Shown here in pieces: positions 14,339 to 29,595 of a stretch of DNA of 64,000 nt. The position numbers and the translations under genes were made by a program. This DNA comes from Amoeboaphelidium protococcarum X5 (taxonomy: Eukaryota > Fungi > Aphelidiomycota). Where the stretch lies: the NCBI GenBank assembly GCA_023515725.1, contig JALDTO010000266.1, positions 2,445,497 to 2,509,496 of the forward strand, given 5' to 3'. Numbering within the stretch: the stretch's first letter is position 1; each line of letters starts with the position of its first letter. A model generated the notes under the pieces. The model searched no databases. It saw nothing but the letters and a program-made list of their open reading frames with translations, and was not told the DNA's origin.

Positions 14339-16796
14339 TCATTATTAAATCACTGTTAGATCAACTTGAATAGAGCCACCGAGAGCATAACTGACAAACT
14401 CCTGTAAATTGGAAGTTGAACTCTGAGGTGAATGCAAATTTAGTGAGGAAATGTTGACATTGTTCGCCACAAACCTGACAGCCAAAGGAGTGGAGGTGCT
14501 TGATCTTTCAGCGGCTCCAGCCGGTAAACTCCATTGTGCCAGTAGTTTAATTTTAGGCGACAGTTTCTATTCAGAGTCGCGCATACTGATATTCCCAAGT
14601 CGCCATAGAATCTTCTTCTTCTCCTAGCTGTAGGCTGCGACAGGCTTAGTGATAACCGCACTGGTTCCCTCATCCACTGTCATGAGCACTGAAACATCAC
14701 TTAATTAAGCAATCTGCTATTATTTACCGTATAACGAGTCATAATTAGGTTCACAACTTATGACCATCTGAGTCTGATTAGGTTGGACATTCATTTTACC
14801 GCTTACAATTAGAGGCATCCTCAACGATGTCTACTCGACAATTTCCACAGTGTATTTGCATAACAATATGTCTTTTCCCGATTCAAAATTGCTGACAACT
14901 TTTGAAATATCAACTTTTAACTAGGACTACTCAAAAGTGACATACTGAGGAAGATCGGTCACCTGTAGATCTTGAAGACATTAAATTTTCACCACAAATT
15001 ATCCAAACGAAGCATCAAGTTTCTGTGAATTAAGTTGCAATGAGCCCATCACTTTCATGCCTTTGATTTTACCATCTTTAGACACTTGAGTCGTCATTAC
15101 TTCTAGAAATTTAAATTGAACGCCATTAGACCGGCAGAAAGAGACCAAATCTTAATCGCCATTCGTCTAACCCTGCTGTGATGAAGCAGGAATATCCTGA
15201 AAACTATCAAAGCTCAGCAGATCCATCTGCGCATTAGTCATAACAGCTGGTTTACTAAAACCAGTATCTAAGCCATTCATAGAGCCAAATGGATCGAACG
15301 TCTAATTACTTTGAGCTGAATTATTAGACGGTAGTCTCGCGCGTCGATTACCCGTCATCTATGATGACATTGACATTGCTGACACTTCAGACGCTGGTGT
15401 AACTTCCTGTGATGATGGCTGCGTCAGAGGAGAAGGCGACATCATGGAAGTTTATCGACGACCACGCTTCGGTTAAGACTGATCTTATACAGCTTTCACA
15501 GGGCCACTTGCAAAATTCAAACTATTCTTCATGAAAGCAGCAGCTGAGGCCAAATCTTCAGCAGATGCTTTCTCCCCACCTTCCTTATCTTATTTCACGG
15601 ATGCTGCATCAGAATTAGTTTTTATATCGATTTTGAACTTTTAAAAGTTGTTCGACAAAGCCATACTGCCACCATCCTCATCATCGCTTGAGTCATCTTC
15701 ACCTCCACCAGCATTTTTATCAGATTTCTTCTTATCAGAGCCAGATAGAATAGATGAAGCGTTCATCGGTCCATTCTTCCATTACTCTCGATCCATCTGT
15801 GGGATTCTATAGCCCTCTGCATCAACTTTAAACTACTCATCATCTTTCGACTAATCTGCGCCATTTTCATTTATATCCTTAGTAGATGATGCTGCAGCTT
15901 TCTAAGAAGGATGGGACGACGAGAATATGCTAGTACTAATGTACTCTGATTTAACATTGGAAGACTGGACAAACTTTTCAACCTCGGCATCAGGATCAAT
16001 CTTGGCAACTTATTCCAGACTCTGCTCCAAGTTCATGACTTGGAGCTTCAAATTATTAATCTAAAATTCAATAGTTCTCTTCAGCGTATCTTTAATAAAC
16101 TCAATCTACAGCTTGTCCATCTCCCGGAATCTTTCAAAAATCTCTGCACTCTCAGACATCCACTGCGCTGTACAAGCACCAAGTTAAGTCTCAAGTTCCT
16201 GAATCTTTTACTCACTCTTGTCATCAGCCTTTTTATTACCTTCAAATTATTTTCTAAGCTTTATCAATCTCTGCTATTTGTCATGCCAGTCTTTGGACAA
16301 TCTAAGAAGAGTGGTACTGTTCTATTTAAACTTGCTCCACTTATTATCGTCTTTATCCCCAGATGCCAAATGTTCGCCAATAGAGTGGCAGACGTCCATT
16401 TTGAGTCGATCAGAAAGCAGAAGATGACACTTAGATGTCTCATGAGCACTGCCTGCCACCATAGTCCACGCCTTTCCTATTTCACCCAACACATCGGAAC
16501 TGGTTTCATTAAATTCAGCAGCGGCAGTAAAACTGGATGTCTTCTTACTTAAACTAGTCATTGCACCGGCGTATGCATTCTCCATCATGGACCGCTCCTT
16601 GAAATAATCATGCACTTCAGACTCCAATGCCCGCAGACGCTTCAACCTAGTAGTCACCGTCTGCACAGCCTGCTTAGGTTCGATCTTGTCCACCTCCTAC
16701 ACACAATTAATACATTAATAAACATGAACTAGAATTAAAGGAAACTGTTATATATAATAAACTTACAGAGAATATAGCCGAGTACTAGGACGCCAT
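14339..16796 (-). CDS. SYP1: Syp1/FCHo-like endocytic adaptor (F-BAR plus mu-homology domain); intron 16697-16766
   Basis: YFKERSMMENAYAGAM (F-BAR), Ser-rich linker, C-terminal PLAVRF (muHD). The 3' end was spot-checked only. Confidence 0.78.
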
Positions 16797-17403
16797 TTAT
16801 GACAGCAATAAAATCTACTACAAAGAGAATGAATATTGGTGAATATCCTGAGCAAGCAAAGTGTTGTAATAGTAATAACAAGAACTGAAAGAGACAAAGA
16901 AGATAAAACAATCGCCGCGCTGTGCTTTTGTTTCAACCTGTTCAGGATCGTCCAGACAAACACAGGAGTGAACCTGTCACTTTTCATACAAATTTGGATT
17001 GAAGGAATGATCTCTCTCTCTTCGTCCGTTTCTCTTGAAACACGTTACCGATTCGTTTGAAGTTATTCATCTCACTCTTGGTTGGTTGGTTAATTTAGTA
17101 TAAATCATATATGGAGTTCTTCTAGAATGTATAATAATTTTTGGAAAGTAATTCATTTATGATGATAATGATATAGATATAATCAGTACATGGGTAATGA
17201 GTGCAATTCTATAATCAGTCGTGTCATGGCACATTCAGGGGTAACAAATTTGTGGAAAAGAGGCTTCCACTCAAGAGGGAAATGCTGCTGAAGAGTCATT
17301 TGATCAAGACTCCCCTGTTTGATATTACACGGTCGTCAATTTTATTAAAAAATTGTTGCTATACTCGTCAGAATTTGTATTGTATTGAAGATAATAAAAA
17401 GTG

Positions 17404-20400
17404 ATGACTTGGATTGTGCATCACGTCAACGTTGATCGAGGTGAACGTAGACGATCTAGTGCGGAGGTGATGTCAGAATCGCTGATGGAATACGCTCTGA
17501 ATTCTTACAGTAATGTACAGAGTGAGGATGTAATATTTTCAGGATTCCTGTATAAGAAGAATAGATATAAGCTCTGGAATAAACGGTATTTCGTGCTGTC
17601 TAAATAGGTGTTGTATTATTTTAAATCTAAAGAGGATTCAGTGAGATCGAATAAATTGCTGGCCGCTCTATTTCTAGACAGTAATTCCTATCTTTCTAGT
17701 GATATTCATCCAACATCCGATGGCAAGGAGTTGGAGTATTACTTGGTTATTACTGCTTCCTAATCGGTGTCCTTTGATAGTAATCAGACTTTTGTGAACA
17801 AGTAATATATACTTAAATGTCCGTCAAAAGATGAATTTGATGGATGGATGTCCACATTACGCGAATTGATAGTCTAGCGATTACCTCCTGTTGTTGCTGC
17901 CGATACTTTTAATGATGATATTGATGAAGGTCATTAGAAGGATTAGAGTTCTATTGATAGTTAACCCGGCTTGGAATAAAGCAATAATCAGAACACCAAA
18001 ATTGATGGAGTTTAGCTTTATAGTGATGGAAGCAAACGCGAGTCTAAAGTTAGTAGCAGATAGATGACTATGAAATCTAGACAGTCTGCTGATAATACAA
18101 AAGTTTACGCGTAAAATATTCTTACAGCGTACAAGGATGAAAGCGTACTGATACCAATTTTCAATGAAGCTCAAAGGAGCATTGAACAGTTTTAAGAGTA
18201 ACTAAAGTCTAGCATGGCATCTAAGGAACCACTGCCTAATCTTTTAGAGTTGGTTGCCGTCGCCATTAGAAGAATCAGGTAACTATTGTATTATGCAGAC
18301 ACTAATGTCGTCAAGTCTTTACACTGTACGGTGGTGTCTGAGTTTGTTGCCAGACACATTGCTACTTTGATTGAGAGCACTCGCAAGGTTGGATTTCATG
18401 CCAAGAAATTATCTGAGGAGTAGGCGCATGGTCGAGAGCTGTTGAGTAACGATTTGATTCTGATGCTTGATGATTTAGTTTATGACGCGTCAATCTTTGT
18501 TAGTTCATGCGAAGCAGTAGCTGATTTGGACGAGGCGCTAAAATTTTATGACAAAGGAGAGTTTTTCGATGTTGGTCTGCTGGATTAGTTATTTGGTATT
18601 GTGGTGAACGTTTGCAAGTTTGTGTCATCATTTCAGAAGGACAGATACTTTGGTATATGCGAAGAGACTTTGCTGGTTTCGAGGGCATTTGTTATGGCGA
18701 TGTAGAATCATTCACAATAGCTGAATGCTCTTCTGAAGAACAATTCTTTTTATAACAACAAGTGGTAAATGTCTTTTGCAGAGTTTCGCGGCAGTAATCA
18801 GATGATTGATTAACTTCGTATTGATATCAAGCGCGAATGTAGTAATGCATGTGATATCTGGTCGCAGGATTACGATTTCACTCTGGCTTAATTGATATTG
18901 CAGTTGGCTCTTACATTGGTTAGAGTCGTGTCTACGCTGGCATCTGGCACGGATCCGAATATGGTTTCTCAGGTGGATCTGTTTTGGCGCACATTTTATG
19001 TTATACATGAGAATTTATAGACTCAGGATAAAGTGAGGAGTGTTTAATAGCCACCTGGTACTAGTCTATTAGAACAAGAGGTGCCTGAGAGTTTAGATAT
19101 TCTGGAGTAGAAGATGCCCATGCGGACTCTGTCTGATCGATCGCTGTCTAGTACATTTGGCGATGATCCTCCTTCTCCTATTAACCCTATTCTGCGCGAT
19201 ATTGAAGCTACATTTATTCAGTCTTCTATTGGAAGTTCAGGCTCTGTCAAGGAGACATCGTACGATGTGAATGATTTACAACAACGCCTGCATGACTTTG
19301 TTATGAGAAGTCCATCAAGATTGGATCTGCCTGGAATGGATCCGCGAAAGTTGGTTGATGAGATTCTTACCAAAGGCCGTAATCTTCCGCTGATGATTAA
19401 GATGGCCAGAGAGTCATCTACTGTTCCGTCTCAAGTTATGTCACCGCTGTAGCGAAGTGATGCGTAGTTTGTTACCACTGAATTCTCTATCAATTAGGTG
19501 GTAGCCAAGACTATTGGTGAACTCTCTGCTGTTGTGCTTGATGCTTCCGCGCAAATGGAGCCTCTGATTAAGAAGGGTAACTTGAATCAGATCGTGCTCG
19601 ATAGAGTGGAACATGTGTCGAGTATGGTAGTAGCGGCGTGTCATTAGATTGAAGAAGAGCTGGGAGCTCTTGAGGGCCACTTTTCAGCCGACGATGAACT
19701 AACCAATATGCTCGATGATGCGCGCCAGAATCTATCTCGTTCCGTATTTTGTTATGAAGTTAGCTGTAGAAATTTGGTGCAAGGCATAACTCTTCATGAT
19801 GCGTCTGATTAGGTGATTGGCGACATGGATTCTATTGTCTAGTCTTGTGGAGATGTAGTCGAGGCAGTGCGATCTCTATTAGTTCACTAAGCTGAATATA
19901 TGGATCAGGGTGTACCATAATCAATATAAGATCCGTCCGCAAAGTACAATACTGCTCGGCCACCTTCTCCTCCTTATACTCCATCCCATCATGATGTGTC
20001 GTAGACTGCAACATCGTCATCCAGGCGCGGAAGAGCAGAAAGTATTGATAGTGTCCTGGAAGAAGATAGAAGGCTCACGGCTGAAGCAGAGAATTAGATC
20101 GATGCTCTACTTGTTCAAGAGGACGAAGAGTTTAATAGTGATTAAGATATTGTGTTCCGTAGCGTGGATGGCCAAGTAGACACTTCAATGGTTAAAGCTG
20201 GTACACTGCAAAAGTTGGTAGAGAAGTTGACGTACTATCGACTGCCATCAAGTGATTATATCTCTGCATTTCTGCTCACCTACCGATCTTTTACTGACGC
20301 GTAGACTCTGCTTGATCTATTGATTGATCGCTATAATATTGAGCCTCCAATGCATTTAGATGACGAGAAACTGAAGGCTGTCTACTTCTAGAGAAAGATC

Positions 20401-21393
20401 ATACCTGTCAGGTTGAGAGTTTTCAACGTGGTCAAGATGTGGGTGAAGAACAACTATGATGACTTTAGGCAAGATGAGAGTCTATTGCAAAAGTTGTACA
20501 TCTTTTTACCAACGATGCGCGCTGATTTCTATCGCGGAGTTAAGGATTTCGAGAGCTTATTATAACGGAAGGCCAAAGGAGATGATTCTAATGGCAGATC
20601 ACGTCCTGTATCCAAATCTGGCTCAACATCTTTACCCCCGGCTGTAGTGCCGAGAAGTATAACCATATTCTCTACAGTGCTAGACTTTGATCCGCTGGAG
20701 ATGGCCAGGCAGATTTGCATGTTATAATGGGATATTTTCGTATCTATTTAACCTAATGAATGTCTAAATTAGGCATGGAACAATAAAAAGCTCCATCATC
20801 AGTCGCCCAATATCCGCCGGATGATAAAGTATTCCAATTTCCTGGTTATGTGGGTGTCTACTGAAATTATGGCCTGTGATCAGTTAAAAGTGAGAGCTAC
20901 TACTATCAAGCAATTCATCCTGTTGGCGCAGAAATTAAAGTCTCTTAACAACTTTGATGGCCTGAAATCTGTTATCTGTGGTCTGCAGGCCAGTTCTGTT
21001 CGCCGACTAAAGAAGAGCTGGGACTTGGTGCCTGTCAAGTTTAGGTAAATGTTCACAGAGTTGGAAACACTTATGCTGGAAGACAAGTCATGTAAGAATT
21101 ACCGCCAAATGCTTCACACTATCAATCCTCCATGTATCCCCTTCTTGGGTGTCTACTTGACAGACTTGACCATGATTGAGTCGGGGAATCCAGACTGCCT
21201 GAAAGAGAATGATCAGTTGATCAACTTTTAGAAGCGGCATCTGATTGCGCAAGTCATAAATGAAATGAAGCGATATCAGTGCACATTCTATAATTTCTAG
21301 GTAGTGGAATAAATTACTAGCTGGCTTCAAAGTCGTACGGTCGAAGACAATAACACACTCTACGATAAAAGTCTCATCCTCGAGCCTCGCTGA
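17404..21393 (+). CDS. PH-domain Ras guanine nucleotide exchange factor (REM plus CDC25); start may be 17470
   Basis: GFLYKKNRYKLWNKRYFVL (PH), AGTLQKLVEKL/FLLTYRSF (REM), NNFDG, PCIPFLGVYLTDL, LINF, terminal SLILEPR-TGA. Confidence 0.9.
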
Positions 21394-21665
21394 TTAATAG
21401 ATTCGTGATTTTTATAAAAAATTATTATGTTGTTACTACTGAATGACTTTTACTTTTAAATTAATTATGGTTAATGCCTTTTATATTATCTTGGTGATGC
21501 GCCTAATATATATATTGACGTGTGTACTTTCTTGTGACAACCTTCCGCTCATCATAATGCCAGAAAGCGCGTCAAGTTCTTCCTCCTTCTTTCAAGTTTT
21601 ATCGCTTAATCCTTCCATTAGATAGATTGAAGTGTAATAGCTTGTGGTCAGCCCATTGTATAAAT

Positions 21666-22766
21666 ATGTAGCCTCATTATAATAACAACAACAATAATAA
21701 TAACAAGTTTAATAATGTATTGCAACAGAAATAATAACAGAAATTGTAATAATAGTAGTAATAGCCATAATAGCATGTCAACCAGTATTAGTTCCCTCAG
21801 TTCATGCAATAGCCGCAACATGTAATGATGGGATAGCAGTAATAGCAGCAGTAGCAGTAATAATAATAGTAGTTATCTAAACCTCTTCCTCCTTTAGTAG
21901 TTACCTCTCCTCGGGCCAAGTAAACCGCTCCTCAAATCGCTTCATCACCAAGACCACCTGCTGCAGTAGATCCCGCAGTTCTATCTGTACAATAACTGGA
22001 AAATGAGAATCTGGAACTGGCCAAGAAAATCGCGTCTGCCAGGAGGACATTGCATCGACTGAAGGTTGAGCGAGTGGTGCTCTTGGACCGTATTGAACAT
22101 ATAGATCATGTGGATTAGAGTTCACTATTACCACTTAAGAGAAAGGCTGAAGAGTTGGATGAATATGAACCGCAATAGTCCTAGTAGTAGCGACATCTGG
22201 TCAGTAATGGCTAGCAATAAAAATAATAATAAACTGGTACCAAAAGCGACTCTATGGAATCTAAATAGGTTAAGTCAAGCGCGACTTAGTACAAAGAAGT
22301 TGATGTTGATTAAGCCGCCGCGGCCTCAGAATCTTCTCCAGAGAAAGCTGCAATAGGAGCAGCGGAGAGTGGTGGCAGTCAGTCAGTGACAAAGAAGCGA
22401 AAGAGGTAGAAGAAGGACCCAAATGCTCCTAAAAAGCCTGCGAATGCTTTCATCTTCTACGCTCAGAATCATCGGGATGTACTTAAGCAGGCTCATCCAG
22501 AGATGAATAAGGCGGAGATTGCTCGTGAGCTGGGCAACTAATGGAAAGCTATCGCGGAAGATGAGAAGAAGGAGTATTATGACATGTATGAGAAGGATAA
22601 GGTGCGATGGGAGTAGGAGATGAAAGTTTATAATGGAGACAAGGTGCCAACCGATGTTAATACTGTCCAAGAAGATGTCGACCACGAAGATATCCAAGAC
22701 CATGGCGCTGATGGTATTGACGACTAGGATAACACTTTGGAGGAGGTTGATATGAACGATGTTTGA
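21666..22766 (+). CDS. Nhp10/INO80E-like HMG-box protein with N-terminal poly-N/poly-Q tracts
   Basis: Coiled coil ENENLELAKKIASARRTLHRLKVERVVLLDRI followed by the HMG box KDPNAPKKPANAFIFY...W...EKDKVRW. Confidence 0.8.
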
Positions 22767-22873
22767 TTGATGTTCGCCTGAGCATATATCGGGATTTAAT
22801 GAAATTATTCTTTTTTGCAACGATAGTCATTCACTTACATTAAATAAATAATATTTCTTTATACTTTTTAAAG

Positions 22874-24091
22874 TCAGATATCACTTTTAATCACACTCGA
22901 GCGCTAAATACCAGTTTCAGTCTCTTTTGAGTGAAGTTGAGATTAAGTCTTGGCACGATATAAAGCCAGCGAAATCAGATCATTTGCAAACTGAGGTACG
23001 CTCTCCTTGGACATTCTCAAAATTTCCCCTACAGTACTGGTGAACTCATTAACATTGAAAGACACGCCACAATTAGCATTGACTTCAAGGACATATGCAT
23101 CTTGTTCGGCTTCCAGAGAACTAGTTCTGATGTCAACTCTGGCGTAACCACTTCCACCTAACGCCTTATATGAATCGATAGTCAGCTGTTTGAGATACTG
23201 CTGCACACTGGACTGTGCTAGTGCATACCAGTAAACAGATTGTGGATTAGCCGGAACATTACCCTCAAGATCATATCCGTCCCAATATCTGTCAAATGCT
23301 AGAATGCGCTGATATCGACCAAGTTTTGGATCAAATACACGCTCAGCGACATCAAATACCTTGTATCCACTTTCATTATCACCAATAATTAACGACGTGT
23401 ACTCTTTACCATCAAGGAACCGTTCGATAAACACCAGACCGGAATCTGACAATGAATCTTCAGTAAGACACTACTTCCGCACAGCCTGTGCCTACTTTAA
23501 AGCATCTCGCGCATTATGAACGACACTGTGATCCGTGATGGAAAGGCTCGCGTATGAAACGGATGGTTTCACAATCAGCGGATATTTTGATTCAAACGCA
23601 GTCTCTATATCCTGCTCAGTCGTGCTATCTGTGACTTCCAAATACACAGATGTAGGCACGTTGTGCTTCATAAGCTCAGCTTTCAATTTTGGTTTTGATG
23701 TAGTGATGTCATAAAACTGAGGAGACGAACCAGTGTACGGAATCTGCAGTTTATCCATCAGCTTGACCAATCCAATCCCGGGATAACCGTCTGTTTCACA
23801 TCCATCGCAGAGATTAAAGATTACAACGTCAGATAAACTATTTAGAAATTTCTGATGAATAGAACTAATTACACTCTCATAATTATCTAGACTCACTCCG
23901 CATATCTCCACATGATCATAACCAAGGCTTTGTAGAACTGATTTCAGGTCCTGACAATTGTTTTGCTTTCCAAACTCATTACTCAATTTCACTAGAGAAT
24001 GGACATCACTCGAAGATCCACTCAGTTGTGGTTCCAAAATATAGACATGCTTGCAAAGAGGAGTGAGCGAACTAGATTAAAACACATTCAT
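22874..24091 (-). CDS. D-Ala-D-Ala-ligase-like ATP-grasp enzyme, 405 aa
   Basis: FNLCDG, IPYTGS, YPLIVKP, IERFLDGKEY, GYARVDIR, VLEVNANCG. The two ORF-track fragments join with TAR=Gln. Confidence 0.85.
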
Positions 24092-24532
24092 AATAACAAT
24101 TTAGGCCCAGTCTAACAACTAAGGGTGATAAATAAATTTAAACTTTGTTTGGTGAAACTATTATTCAAAGTAAAGTATGCGAATCAGTTTCTGGGAAAGC
24201 TGAAACGATTAAATCGGGCGGGGTGAAACACTTTTATGAAATCAGATTGATCATCTGATTAGAGTCATCCACAGTAAAGTGTGGCCTTTAAGCTGTTAAT
24301 CTGAATTGATTACAGAAGATAGTTTACTTGTCATAGGAATACAGCAATACACTCGAGTAATAAGAGCAAATTCATCAGTTTTTATTTCGGATGCGCTGAA
24401 TAACCAAGGCGAAACTCTCCACACTCGGAACATGACACGACCTGCTTGAAGTGTAATTTTTAAGACCGGCCGGCTGTATCACGTTGAAATAGCAATAAGG
24501 TAAAGAATCAAGTAAAATTTCAACTAGCATAA

Positions 24533-25303
24533 TCAGTAATTTAAACATTTAATGATGCAAGATAAGTCAACTACGTCTGATTCCGATGTTACTCTAAAGG
24601 ATCGCTTGCAGACAGGACAGAACGGAAACTGAACGACCCATTCCATTATACACTTCCAGCAAAAGACGTGACCGCATACAGTAATACCTTTTTACCCATA
24701 CACTATAGGTGATGTCAGACAGAGAATACATTTACTCGAGTCATTAGATGGACTATCAGTTTCTGAGTGAACCATGAGATGATCATCTTGATCAAGTACA
24801 GATTCTACAGAGGAAGGAGTTTAATAGTCTTGACGCGTTCCAAGTGTATTTAAAACAAGGGCAGTGTAAGACAGCAGACCACACACAAAATAGATATTCT
24901 TAGAATTAAGCTTACTCAATTGAGATGAAGACTGATACCGCATATTTAGTATAGAGTTTGTAATTTTGAAATCCTGGAACATGTCAAGCATCACCGCAAT
25001 CTTGAAGCATCTGAGCCAAACATTAGACCCATCAAACATTTACAAAGCAGTATCTATCAACGCGGAAACTCCTAACTTGATCACACTCCAGTTGCTTAGG
25101 GACAATCCGGTGAACTCCTCACCCAAAGTCTATCCGTCATACCGTTAATTACACATCAGCGTCATTAAATATATTAGTCGAGCTACCAACGGACCAAGAG
25201 CTAACCACTTCCTCGGCATATAATCTTTAATCTAACCATATAGTCGATTCACATATTCGGAATCCTTCATCTAAGCACGAATTTGCACAGACTTGTCCGC
25301 CAT
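24533..25303 (-). CDS. PEX10: Peroxin Pex10 (RING E3), 256 aa
   Basis: IRAQMKD, QTLGEEF, C-terminal CILC...CGHVFCWKCIMEW...CPVCKR. Confidence 0.85.
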
Positions 25304-25611
25304 AATTAAAGAGTTTTAACAATCTGCTAAATTGTAGTATTAGTATTCTACTAGTAAATATTAAATTCTGCAGATATTAACACCTCTAAAGAATGCTCAC
25401 AAAGTGGTTGCAAGACGATCTCAAACGATCGCGTTAATAAATCCTCCTTCTGATTCTCCGTTCTGTGACTGAAGTCTTCTGCTAAAGACGCGCGGCCTCA
25501 GCTAGAGAACAATTTCTTCGTTCGTTCTGCTGGCCGTTCCTTCTCTCAACTTATACATTATAAATACTAGTAGAGATCGATTAACCATATATATATATAT
25601 CGCGCCCGACA

Positions 25612-27066
25612 ATGACTACATCTCTGAACGCGGTTGTTATTAATGCTGGGCTGTAGAAATGGGGCCGCGGTATGCTGAATTCATTCAAGAGCTTGTCATC
25701 TGCAGAGTAGACGACTGTCACCCGGTCTCTTCTTTGCCAGTGGCTCGAAGTTGGGTAGAGATAGGCGCTGCCTCAGTACTAAGTCCACAAGATTCTGCGA
25801 ACGTACTTTGAGATTCTCAGCTATCATAAGAGATCAGATTTGATTCGATATAGTGTCAAGGCTATCGTTCAGAATCGATCGCTGCTCAGCGGAGAAGACC
25901 GCGGTGATTCTATTTATGAACACGGTGATTTGAGTAAATATTCACTGCTGCATAGAGTGGGTGTTGATGCGATTAGAAATGCTGCGGCTGTAAATACTGA
26001 TGGCGCCAAGTAATTGCAGGGTCAAGTGCGCGATATAATCGGAATATTTTAATAGTATTAGCCGCTTAGTGCTAATCTCAGCGTCAAGGAACGCGTCTCT
26101 CTTGTACAGGCCCTGGTGTAGAATGTCACTCGGATGTAAAATATAGCTACTTTAGATTAAGTGAAATTGATTAATCTGGCTATGAACATGATGGACATTA
26201 GTGACTTTACTGATTTTAATGCTGCAATACTGGCCAAGTTGGTGGATATTCGGCTCTCTGTAAATCAGGATTTACTCTCTAAGGAAGATAGAGTTATGAA
26301 TAAGTAGTTAGTAAGATGTGCTTTAGAAAGGAGCAAATGCACTGATAGTTCTGCATTAACATCATCACTGATTAACCATATAGATGTCGTGGATAAGTCT
26401 CTTCCTCGAGTCAAAGATAGTTAAGGCTTAGTTCATCCAGTTCTCAGAGTATTAAGTTCTCCTCAATAGCTTAGAAGTTCATAGATTTAGTATACTCTGA
26501 TATCATCTATGGTTTAGAAGAACCAGCTCCCATTAGCGTTGAAGTTGATAGAGTTGGGATCCTCAGTCAATCTATCAACGCATCAGAGAATCCTATCCGA
26601 GTTGCCTCTTTCGTAGACTTAGACATTATAGCTGCTGTAATAGTTGGATAGAGAATATCTAGTGGTTGATGAACGTAATTCTCATGTCTATTATGACTAT
26701 TTGGCGCGTCTTAGACTCAATTCACATGCGTCTGTAATCCCTGCTCGTATTACATCTAAGCTGATATAAGCCCTTCATATGGTGCAATCTAATCTTGAGT
26801 GTGATGATGGATTGAGCAAACGCGCTCACCGTAAACAGGTTCATTTCTTGTAGAACTCCATCTACTTGGGATCTTAAATATGTTCGCAGTTCCCTATTGA
26901 TAGAGACTTGTAATAAGATTTTGGTGGCTGCAGGAATGCATAAAGAAGGCTGGTTGGATGGAAGCTGTTGTATTCCACCTTCGATCTGGCCGGCAAGTTT
27001 AACATTGATCTAAATCACAATGACTGGTACTCTAAAGCAATAAGTAAGGCATTTAAATCAAAATGA
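25612..27066 (+). CDS. Hypothetical helical protein, ~484 aa
   Basis: Long ATG-to-TGA frame when TAR=Gln; no recognisable motif. Confidence 0.65.
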
Positions 27067-27208
27067 AGAAAGATTAATAAATATGTCATTAGTGATTTCT
27101 CCCTTTCAGTTTCGTGCGTTAATCAAGCGAAGCCGTTTCTCCTATTTTCCCTTTATGATCATCCTATAACGATCATTTGATTTCTTAACGCCGGTTGAAT
27201 AGTTGTAA

Positions 27209-27478
27209 ATGTCGCGGTTCGAAGCACGGTATTAAGATAATATCAAGCATGATAACAATTTCATAATTAGGCAGTAAATGAGTGGATAAATTAGTAGCGG
27301 GTAGACTCAAGATGATATAAGCTAGAATCTAGTGTCCTCACTGAAAGAGTTTTAGTAGAAAGTGAATGAGAAACTCACGGAGATTGTAAATGAAGAACGC
27401 GCATCATCAGAACAAGGTACTATTGAGCATTTAGATGATAAGGACTCTGATACTGATGATGCACCTGAAGATGATTGA
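27209..27478 (+). CDS. Small acidic protein, possibly KEOPS subunit Gon7-like, 89 aa
   Basis: LVSSLKEFQQKVNEKLTEIV helix plus acidic tail resembles the Gon7/C14orf142 pattern. Confidence 0.5.
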
Positions 27479-27726
27479 ATTTATATATAAAGTTCAATTT
27501 CGATTATTTTTGCTCTTTTGCTAGTCTTATAGACGCACATTCAATGTTCTGTAGTTTCTCTTGTCTCTTTCAACGCGTCTGTTTACAGGCTCGAATTCAG
27601 TTCCATTCAAAGTTTCATTGCTTTAACTCTTATTGTTCCATATTGTCATTGCTGCGAGACTCTCCTTCTAATATTCGCTGTACGTCTCATAATCTTGCCT
27701 CTTTATAATTATTGGCTTATATTTGG

Positions 27727-28626
27727 ATGATGGACACTGTGTATAAAAAGGATGAGAATGTGCTCTGTTTCCATGGCCCGCTGATGTATGAAGCTAAAAT
27801 TCTGAAGGCTGAGTACTGGAGTGCACTGGACCACGGCGAGAATGAGGGCAACCACTACTTTGTGCATTATAAAGGCTGGAAGTAGAAATGGGATGAATGG
27901 GTACCTGAGAGCAGGATATGCAAGATCAATGAGGAGAATCTGGCTCGTTAGAAGGACCTGTAAGCGATTCATGCAATTCGAAGGGATGAAGGTAAGAAGG
28001 GTGGTGGCGATGGTGCATAGTCTATTGCTGGTAGTAAGCGTAAACATAATAATCAGACCTCCTCCAGCTAAAGGGAGACTTCGGTGGAGAGTGAAGCTGA
28101 TTATTTGAAAAGACCAGAGATATAGCTCACCATTCCAGATATTCTAAAAGTGCAGTTGGTAGATGACTGGGAATATATAACTAAAGAGTAGCGGCTTGTG
28201 TCCCTGCCTCGCCAGCCCACTGTTTAACAAGTACTGTAAGAGTATAAAGAGCAGGCTGTATAGAAAGTCAAGCTGCAGTTGCAGAAGGATATTATCGCTG
28301 AAGTAGTGTCGGGCCTGCAGGTTTACTTTGACCGCGCACTGGGCAACATATTGCTATACAGGCAGGAGAGATTGCAATATGCTGACTTTATTAAATAGAA
28401 TCCTGAATGTCTTACTTCTCCGTCACTATTCTATGGTGCGGAACATCTGCTGCGACTGTTCGTGTAGATGCCTTCGCTTGTGGCTCATACCACTATGGAC
28501 TAGGATTCCATATTGCTGTTGAGAGACTAAATGACGTCCATTGTTGAGTACCTGGCGAAGAATCAGGACAAGTTCTTTATGAAAGAGTATGACAATGCTC
28601 CGCCAGAGTATTTGACGCGTCATTGA
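27727..28626 (+). CDS. EAF3: Eaf3/MRG15 chromo-barrel plus MRG domain protein
   Basis: VLCFHGPLMYEAKI, HYKGWKQKWDEWV, LVDDWE, LLYRQER, YGAEHLLRLFV. Confidence 0.95.
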
Positions 28627-28746
28627 TACTATGAAATTGTAATATATTGTTGAATTCTGTATAGATTCTTGATATTTGTGTGAACTCTAAAGAACTAAAT
28701 TTATATCGCCTCACTTTGGCTAAAAAGTCAATCTATTTAGCTTAAT

Positions 28747-29595
<849 letters not shown>

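Noticed and set aside
24340-24480. Possible snRNA (Sm-site-like AATTTTT)
   Set aside because: No match to the conserved U1/U2/U4/U5 sequences I can recognise.
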